A DNA stretch of 64,000 nt from Fimbriosthenelais zetlandica (taxonomy: Eukaryota): the NCBI GenBank assembly GCA_977030845.1, contig OZ365115.1:29202001-29266000 (forward strand), read 5' to 3'. The notes beneath the pieces were generated by a model, which made no database searches, was not told the DNA's origin, and saw only the letters and a list, made by a program, of their open reading frames with translations. A program made the translations under genes and the position numbers. Of this stretch, positions 52,001-61,756 are shown one piece after another. Each line of letters starts with the position of its first letter. The stretch's first letter is position 1.

Positions 52001-52403
52001 GTTATGGTGTGAGCCTGCTGCCTCTAACTGGGAACAAAGCTTCAACTGATTCTTCTCTCGAAGCAGGGATTTGTGGGTGTTGCCTACCTCAGCTTTGATG
52101 TGATCTATTACCATAATCTCCCTTACAAGCTTCTACATGACATGTTTATTAATTCTACTCTATGTAGAGTTTACTGAGACAGGCTTATTCTGAGGTGTTG
52201 CATATTCAAAGTCTTTATATCATACGGTAAACACTTTGTGTGTCATCTAATCGCAAACAAATATCTCAAGGGATGGTGTCTTTTATGCAGTAGATGCCTA
52301 TGAAATTTGAATTTACGATCCTGTAAAACAACATTCAGTCCCTTAGAACGACCATTCATTGTTTCTTCATCATTACCATACTTACCCAAGTTTCAGTTGA
52401 CAC

Positions 52404-52465
52404 TTAATTAACTTTTATCACATTCCCTTTACATTTAATTAACTTTTATCACCTCCCCTTTACAT
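52404..52465. repeat. 31-bp tandem duplication just upstream of the JmjC gene
   Basis: ttaattaacttttatcac(at/ct)(t/c)ccctttacat occurs twice. Confidence 0.85.
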
Positions 52466-52779
52466 TAAATTTTGGTTTTATCAATGCCCTTAGTTAAAAA
52501 CGGTTTTGACTACGAGAATGGCTGAACAAATTAATACCATATTTGTAGGAGATCGAACTAATTGCTTTCACTGAGCATCAGGTGCTTAAATCTGCGTAGA
52601 TTCTCAACAATAACATCGAAAAAATGGATGGCAACACTGCCAACAGAATTTACCAACTAGGCAACTAGATTTAAATCATTTCTTTGCACGCATCTAACTT
52701 TCTGTACCTTTTATTTTCCAGATTTGGAGTGACATTGGAAGGTGAAAAGCGTTGCCAAGTCCAACCAGCCCAACCAGTC

Positions 52780-53267
52780 ATGGGGCGTGTGACGAAGAAA
52801 CGTGGTGCAATAGCCCCGACCAACAGAAACACACCATCTTCCATCCAATCAAACTCCCCTCTCAAAAAACCCTCATCCAGAAGACCTCATCCCAGATCTA
52901 AAAGGGAAGCATCAGAAAATTACTGGATTTCCTGGCGGCGGACTTTACTATTATCATCTATTTCAGTTTGTTTAGGTGCTATGTGTTGGTATTATGTTCA
53001 TAATATAAGAAATAATAGCTCTACATCCACACCGCCCATCCAAAACGATGCTAGGAGGGTAACTCCATTAGCAGAGTTAGATGAATCAGAAGTGCCTAGT
53101 CATCAGAAGGCGTCCTATTTTAAACCATACACGGTGGACCTGAGAGAATTGATGAGAGAGAGGGAGGAGAAAATGAAGCTTTATAACTTTAATTATAGTC
53201 TGACAGGAGTCGACCGACGCTCTGATCTCAGTCTGCAGGAATTCTGGGATGTCTACGATGGAAAATG
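52780..53267 (+). CDS. JmjC gene coding exon 1 (basic N-tail, TM helix, stem, start of JmjN-like segment)
   Basis: ATG in ccagtcATGg context at 52780, within ORF 52684-53271. Hydrophobic TLLLSSISVCLGAMCWYYV (aa 55-73). Donor TG|gtgagt at 53268. An upstream acceptor ttattttccag at 52720-52721 implies a further 5'UTR exon. Confidence 0.88.
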
Positions 53268-56200
53268 GTGAGTATTATATTACTATAGAACTCTATAAAT
53301 TACCGGTGTTAGACCTAAAAATATGTCTTAAGGTATGTAATCTAGAAATTAATGTGTCTTAAGGTATGCCTACACAAGATCAAGAAAAGAAGTATTGACA
53401 CCATCAACTGGTCTAGCAGATTATGATATTGTAGACAAGATCTACTTGCCTGAATCACTGCAAGAATCACAAGGCAATGATCCTTAGTGGGTACCCAATT
53501 AGTGTACCAGCTCATTACAAATCTCCACTAAATGTTCATGACTTGCAATTCTTGCAAAGTTCCATACCTGGCTGTGTCCTTCATTGTCTTTCCCCATATG
53601 GAGGGAGGAGCCCGGGTAACTGATGCCAGTCACCTACATGGCCTGCGGGGAGGGCTGGGCTGTCCACATTCTGTTAAGGGAAATCTCAATTGTTGTCTTT
53701 TGCTTTCCAATTCTTGCAACTGTTCATTTTTCTGGCAGCAATTGATGTTTCTGTTCATGGTATTGTAGACAAGCTCCACTTGCAAATCACTGCAAGAATC
53801 GCAAAGCGATGATCCCTGGTGGAATTTAAATTCCTCCTGCACCATGATTCTTAAATGAGAACATTTCAAGCGGATGCCCCAAGATATAGTCACAAGTGAG
53901 ATTTAATACAGTTTAGACTAGGATATTAGGAAGGCAAGCTACCTCAGTCTTTACATCAAGATAGGCTTTTACGCATAATAGAAATCTATTGGGATCGGTA
54001 CGATTATTAATGAAATGACTTCCTTCAACACCGCCTTTCTACGGAGTCTGAATGTAGCTGCTGAGAAAAAAGGTGATTTCTATGCAGCCTCACGCCCTCC
54101 ACATTCTACAAGTACCAGGGCCTTTGGTGTAAGATCCAACATAGCTGATCAATTCATTCTGAACCCATGGATCGTGAATGAAAGAGGAACACAAGCTTGG
54201 AACCTGATGCAGGTTTTCACAATATTTGATCATTTTGCATCAGTGCTTTTGCAGCAGTTGTCTGGTCAGCCGTGTGATTGCCCAGTCTCACCCTGGAAGA
54301 GGCTTCATTACACCGGCCAGACTCAACTAACAAGGTTGTGGCTTCACCAATAGATGGTTTCCCCGGGCAAGAAGTGGTCTGAATTATTAAGGCCTGGTAT
54401 TCTCGGCCAAACGTGAATTCTTTACCTTCTTTAGAGGAATATGTAGTCCCATTGGATCTATCCATTCGAAATGAATTCTCCTAGCTATATTTATAGGAGA
54501 TTCGATGAAAAATAACGTTGTGAAGATAGTCTTTGTATACCCCTCGAGCTTCCTTCACCATCCATTTTCACTCTTGGGGCATACCACCTCCCATCCGACT
54601 TCTCTGTCTGTACAATCTACATTGTATAATTATATAAAATGGATCGCAGGAAATGTACCCCTCAGGCGGCCTGATCTGCAGGTGAAGATTGTATAAAGAA
54701 AATGTGTTTATAGTAGGGCCTATATATTATACACCTTTACCTGACTTACCCTACTTACAGGTGTAAAGTCAGGGGGTATATGACCAAGGCCCTTTTTGCC
54801 TTGGAAACTCGCCACTCATCATAAACAGGGATAAATGGTTGTCATGGCAATAATGACACATCACTTGACTGACACACGTGCCTCGTATGGTCCCGTGTGA
54901 TAAGGCGGTTGCCGTGGTAACCTAGGAAAGCGTGGTGACACCAGACCTTGTTACCCATCTCTCATCACATGATGTTACCATGGTACCGACCGACATTCCT
55001 CCTTTGTGTTCCCATCTATGATGTCCCTTTCATCTTTTTATGTTGCTTCGGTTGCCATGTGTCCCCTCCTTATTCCCTCTCTCTACTAGCTCTCCTCCCC
55101 GTAATTGGGCCAACCATCCATCCATCAATTCACTCACTCCCTCACTCACTCATACACTCACTCCCTCACTCACTCACTCACTCACCCACTCACTCACTCA
55201 CTCCCCACCTGCCAAAATCTTGGACCTAAAACCAAAAAGCAACCCCTACCAAACCACACATAGCCAAGGCAAACTACCTGCAAACCAAACCCGTATTTTA
55301 AATTGTGACTCAATTATTTATTTCATCACTATTTCTCACCAATTCCTTCATGTCTTATATCTTTCAGGCCTGTAATCCTGACAGACGTTGTACCTAAATG
55401 GAGTGCCTTTAACTGGAGTCGAGAATTTTTATTTGAAAATTATGGAAAGGAGCGCGTCACAATGAAAGCTGTGGACGTAAGTAATGTCATCTTTATCACG
55501 TTCACGTCAGATATACTGACGTTTAAAACGTCATGAAGGTCTGTATGGGTGCAAAGCTGCGACAGATGTATGATTACAATATTATAGTGCAATACATTGG
55601 GACGAATGCACTTCATCAAGTTCATGGAACATCCCTTAAAGCATTATGAAGGTCCTGCAGTACCAAAAAGCTATTTTCGCTGTTTTTTCTTTCCTGGTTT
55701 CCGGAGGCATACATTTTTCCTTCCCCGGTTCAAAACCTATATTTGTATACTACTTTCTAGCAAACGATACAAACGAGGCCAACCTTGAAAAAAGCATGCA
55801 TCTCTTGGCAACAGTGTTCTATATTATTTTAAAATATAATTTTGCATTGAGAGTGTAGTTCAATTAATTTGAATACATTAATCAGTCGATGCACTTTTTC
55901 AATGAGCATTGTTCTATGCCTTCCCCTAACATTAAAAACCCCTTCAGCTTCCTGTATCTAGATACTCTTGCAGTAAGTGTTCATATTGGGGATAATCCAT
56001 CTATCATCACACCTCGTGCAAAATATGACCGGTTAAATCCGGACGGACGTTTATAGGTCCTCACTTAGAGCTCCAGACCTGGCATCTCTAATGACTACAA
56101 TTTAGAATTTGATGGAGTCATTTCTCCCGCTGCCTCCCTAAACAGCTTCCCTGACAGAGCTGTCTGACTCGCCTCTCATCCACATCTCTCATGTCTATAT

Positions 56201-59200
56201 ATACATAGTCATTATCATCTCGCTCCATACAGTATCTCAAGCCTGCACTGATATAAACTACCATAGTATCTTCTAAGGCACTGGAAGAAGTTATATTTTA
56301 ATTGGAGTTTTGGAGTTATAACTCATTGAGTTGTTCCACTTTTTTTAGAGTTATAACTCTTTGAGTTGTCCCCTATTTGTTGGAGTTATAACTCATTGAG
56401 TTGTTCCCTATTTGTCAGAGTTATAACTTATTGAGTTGTTCCCTATTTGTTGGAGTTATAACTTATTGAGTTGTTCCCTATTTGTCAGAGTTATAACTCA
56501 TTTTGTTGTTCCCATTTTGTTAGAGTTATAACTCATTGCGTAGTTACCCCTTTGTTAGAGGAGCTGAGCCTACAGAACATCTCCTACCCAGCAAACAATG
56601 GTAGACAAAGTCATTATATTGATTGTCTGAAGCAAGTGCTACAACAGGTATAAAAAAAACCTTTACACACATATATGCTATGTCTACACTCTAAATTTAA
56701 AGTCAGAGAGCAGACGTAATGCAATTCTTGTTTCCAGGTTTGAAATTTAATACTAAATTTAATAGTTGCGAATCTCTCTCTTCTCTCGATCCTTCCTCAT
56801 TGCCTACGAATGTAGGAATATAAAATATTATATAGAGAGTATATGGATGTGCTGCTGAGATCCATCCCATCTTTGATGTAAAAGAACATGCAGGGTGACT
56901 TTGTGTATACACTCTGGGTGGTTCTGTATATGCATATCCAACGTAGCACATATCGAGCCATCAACCAGTTTACTCACATTTCTGCCTTTTAACCTCGTAC
57001 ATATATGTTTACATATTCAAGGTCCCATCACTCCAAAAGCAGAATTTTCCATTCCCAATGTACCTTTTATATGCATTGTTTGTTACTGGTAAATACATAT
57101 TGTCATTTTCCATTTACATACCCAATTGCTCTGTTCTCAACTCAGCGTCACACGTTCTACAGTGCATATTTCATAATGTCCAGTATTGTGACAGGAAAGA
57201 GCAGTAAGCTTAGAGGAATATGTCCATAACAATGGGTCTAAATGAAAAACTATCCACCGCAAAAATGTGTTCTGTTTAGAAATAGTCTTTGTTTGTCCAT
57301 TTTGATTTATCAGATTTATTTGTGGAAAAAGCAAAAGCAATTAAACAAAGTTTAGTGAAGGAAACCAGAATCCTTTGCGAATGATTTGCTGTTCCTATTG
57401 CAACCACCCTGAGCACGTAAAGAGCTTACCGTTCTGACGAGATTCTAATCACTCTCCCAGACCACCTAGCTAGCGTTAGATCTATACTGATACCAAGACT
57501 AGATCCTTCTGTAATTGGTGCTGGCCACTTGAGGACACGACCTTGCTCTACCATCTATTGACCTTACCTTTGATTAGATACTTCTACTTGAAATTACTTG
57601 ACTTTATAACAATGGTAGCCCCTCGGCTTTACATCTGTTTCTTGGTTTTAAAATGAGCTGCTCAATTCTATCTCAGGACAATTACTATTTAGCTTTTACT
57701 AATAGAATCAAGGTAATTCATTAAGATTCATTTCCATGCGTTAATTACTTTAGCTTCCAAACCTCCTCATTTGTAAATAAATCCACTTCTTAATTAACAA
57801 CCTATTGAAAATTAGGAATTAATGAAAGAACGGAACTAAATGCAAGTCATGATTGATGAGTCGAGGATCCAATGGGGATTTTATGAGGAACCATGATGGA
57901 TGGAGCCCCGCAAGTTCAGTCCGTGCATAATTGAAATTAATCCTTGGCATTAATGAAAAGTGCGGATATCATTCCTCTATTTGGTATTCCGGATGATTAT
58001 TAAATCTTTCCAAGGTTAGAAAATAATGGCTTGAAACCATCGTGAAATTACCATCAGTAACTGAAATTTGAAGATAATGAACCATTGAGTGGCATTCTAA
58101 AAGCAAAAAGCAGAGAATAATTAGAGGATCCCTAACTTAATAAAATTTAATGATCTCAGAATTTGTTTGAGTCTAAGACCTGGCTTTTTGATAGTTTTGA
58201 TCCCTGTTTTAAGAGCATATCCTTGGTGGGTTATTAAGTACAAATTTGATTTGTCTATAAAATATAATGCCCGGTGCTATTTTTATTACTGGATTAAATT
58301 TACCGCTCATTAAGCCCTATGGTTTTATCCGCTGATCCGAGAAGATGCGGCTTTTATTGTTTATTAGATTTACCTCTAAGCTGCTCCTCCTCAGCGGTGG
58401 TGGATCTCAGGGATCACTAGGAAGATTTAGTCCACTCTAAAAGCCACTGTTTGCAGCAACACATGCGGCTTATCCATAAAATACAATGGTTTAAATACCT
58501 CACATGCTTGAAATCGCTAAATATTGTCAAATATTCCTTCTATCGGATATAACATTTTCCGTAGCATTTTAAGAAATAGGACATGTTGTTTCCTACTCCA
58601 TTTGATCTATCGTCTCTGCCAATTTTGCCTGTGTCTTACAACATGTTCTGGTACAGCTATATACCATTGCAGGGCTCCAGCTACACCTCCAAATTTAGGG
58701 GCCATTTCTGTCGCCAATTGGGGTTCCAATATTTGATTCTTAATTGGTGACAAATGCGAACGGTAGCTGGAGCCCTGCATTGCATTATTTATGATCTTTA
58801 ACTTGCTTCTTTGTAATTAAACAATCCAGAATCTGTTATATTCATCTACCTACAGGTGGCCAATTAATCTTTCTATGTCCCTGGTTTAACGCCTTTTAGA
58901 TATATCTAACAATGTCTTTTTCCCCAATTTTGCTCGGCTTTTTGTAACCTGCTTGTTCCCTGACAGGAGGTCTTTGATCAGATCATACCGGAACTGCTGC
59001 CTGAAGTTTATCCCTTCACTGCTGTCTATGACTTTGAACTTCAACACTCAGGTTTTAAAAAGGTGATTGCCACCACTCGCAATCTAACTACAGACGATTT
59101 TTGAAATCTGACAATTTGGCAGATTTTGAAAACCGATATGTAGTTACCATGAACAGCAATAACCACTGATATACTGGACTAACAATTGTTTAAATTTAAC

Positions 59201-61705
59201 TCTTTCTATTGTCTATTCCTTTTGGAGTAGAAAATTAACAGACAAAAAATCTATATTACACAAAGCCATGGACATCCCATAATTATAGCAATTTACCTTA
59301 ACCTTAGAAGATGATAATATTTTTGTAATTTCCTAAACTTTAAGGCCATTAACTTATCTTTATGACACAACACCAATTCAATGACTTTCGTTGCGAGAAG
59401 AATTTGGTATCAAACCAAAAACCTATTTTTAGCATGCTCAAACCATCTTGGATATCCTCTTACAGACTAACTGGCAAAGCCATCCGCTTCCCCAATGCTG
59501 GTGGAAAGCAACAAGGGCAATGTTCTTCTTTCCTGCTTTCATCATAAGCTAATTTTCCTCTCTTTTTCGTATTTTTTTCAGAATTCTTTGGACCAAGCCG
59601 TGAGCCTTGCCTTACCATTAGAGTTGTTTTATAAGAATACCCATAAAGCCTACCCCAACAGATGGACTTATGTAGAAGATGAGCTCTTCATTCCCACACG
59701 CCCTCAGCTCAAAAAAGACATTGGTCACTGTGTAAGTATTCAGTATACTTTGACGGTACTCCACTGTCACTGCGACATAAGTGATGCTTGTGTCGCAATA
59801 ATATTTATAAATTGTCGTCGAAGTGTCCAAGGCCTTAAGGCCGTCCACCACTGGTACATTTTTCATTGGAACACAAGCTTCCAACACAACTGCCACTTTT
59901 AAATTGCGGAAGTAAAAATTTCAATAGTCGAGTACTGCGACGCTACTCTACTGCTGCAATATTGCTCGCAACACTACTGTAACAAAGGACACTTGAAAGT
60001 GCGTTCCAAAGAAAATCACACAATTGGAGTTCGGCCTCTGGGCCTTTAACAATTTAACACATTCAACCACAATTTATAACTTTTATTGCTATAGATTGCT
60101 ATATAATATTACTGAATTATGGCAAAATGAACTTGAGAAGACAGTAGAACTAATGTAACAAAAATCTTTAATAAGACCCCTTTCAATGCTTGAAAAGCAA
60201 AGTCTGAATATTATATTTTTTTCCCTCGATATATTTCTTGACACTTCCATTAAGATATATTTCTTGACACTTCCATTAAGAGATAATTATTTTTCGTTAT
60301 TCTTTGGCTGAAGTAGCATGTTCATTCACATTTCCTGTTTCCCTTTTGCCTTCACGTACCCCATCCCTTTACTCATTCTTTTCTTTTCTCTCTCACTCCT
60401 CCACCTCCTGGGAAATATGTCTAAGGAATCCAATATTTCTGGAGGTAAAATGTTTCTCAGTGGAAAACATAAGGAGATGTTATCAGGCGGTACCTACTTT
60501 GGAGCACCTCCCAACTGCCCCCTGCTTGTCAGCACATCTATCCTGCCATGTCCTTTTTCCCTCCTTATCTCTCCTTCCATCTACCTCACCTTTGTCCTTT
60601 GTTGATAATACTACTTCTTTTCAATCCATGCATTTCTCCCTTCAGACACGCGTAGTCGAGACTGAAAAAAAACACAACTACATTCCGCTTTGTCTTTTCC
60701 ATACATAAATTTAAAAAAATCTTTCGGCGTCCATTTATTGTTTATTTAAGAGACATCTACACATCATTATCCTCATTGCCAAGAACATAATTATGTTCTA
60801 AATTCAGCTTATGATATTTAAATAAATTTAGATCTTGCCCCAGGAAAATCTCTTTCTATCCATAGACCCTTTAGGTCCAGCCTCTCTGATTTCGGTTACA
60901 AAGTGGTCAATCTTGCAACGCTGTAACTCAGCACTCCTTTCAGCAATGCAACCTTTGACATTACATCGTCTGATCTAACTTCTGATAAAATATTGTTAAC
61001 TTTGATATAAACCTCGACTGACCTTTAAGATTGAAAAATTGATGAATGTGATCCAGATTGTATCATCTTAACCTTTTGTCTCCATCTCTTGTCCCCAGCG
61101 TCTTCCCTCAATCTCCCGATCTCTGACCTTTTGTACCACTAATATATGATGGTTTTAGATTTCCTATGTAAGGTTTCACCATAAATCCGCAATTGCCTCA
61201 GCCATCTTTCTCTTGGGATGAAAAAAATACTATGATGAAAACATTGATAGCAAGGCAAACATCCATTATTGAATATCCTATGATGATATGATACAATCAG
61301 ATCGTATCAAAGGATGTTATTTGCTTGCTTTATGGAGTTTAATGTTGCACTAAAAGCCAGAGTCAAATTGCAAAAAGAGGGAAACATGCTGTCAGCACAG
61401 CCACCTTCTTTTATCAAATGACAGCAATGGATCTTTGTCGTACCTCTCAGTTAGCAGCTGAGGCCCTGGGAGAGAAGGGCACGGGCAAGACGAATCTCTC
61501 ATCACATTACATTAACGCGGCTGGCAATAATATTTTTACATTAAAATTCAGGGGCAGATTTCTCTCTCTCCCTTTCTCTCCCTCTCCCTAGCTCTCTCTG
61601 TCTTTCTCTCCCTCCCGAGTATTTATTGTTGCGCAATAACCTTGTAGAAACCCTTGCACCATCACTCCGTTTTCTCTCTTTTTTCTTTCTCTTGCTTTGT
61701 CTCCC

Positions 61706-61756
<51 letters not shown>

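Noticed and set aside
52684-52779. N-terminal extension of the JmjC ORF from the TTG start in the ORF track
   Set aside because: It crosses a splice acceptor at 52721. The first ATG in good context is 52780.
56311-56560. CRISPR array
   Set aside because: The units are contiguous near-identical 35-mers with no unique spacers, there are no cas genes, and the context is a eukaryotic intron.
60304-60708. 134-aa ORF in intron 3, and similar ORFs at 54948-55375 and 59495-59902
   Set aside because: These are low-complexity pyrimidine or microsatellite read-through, or intron read-through around true exon 3.
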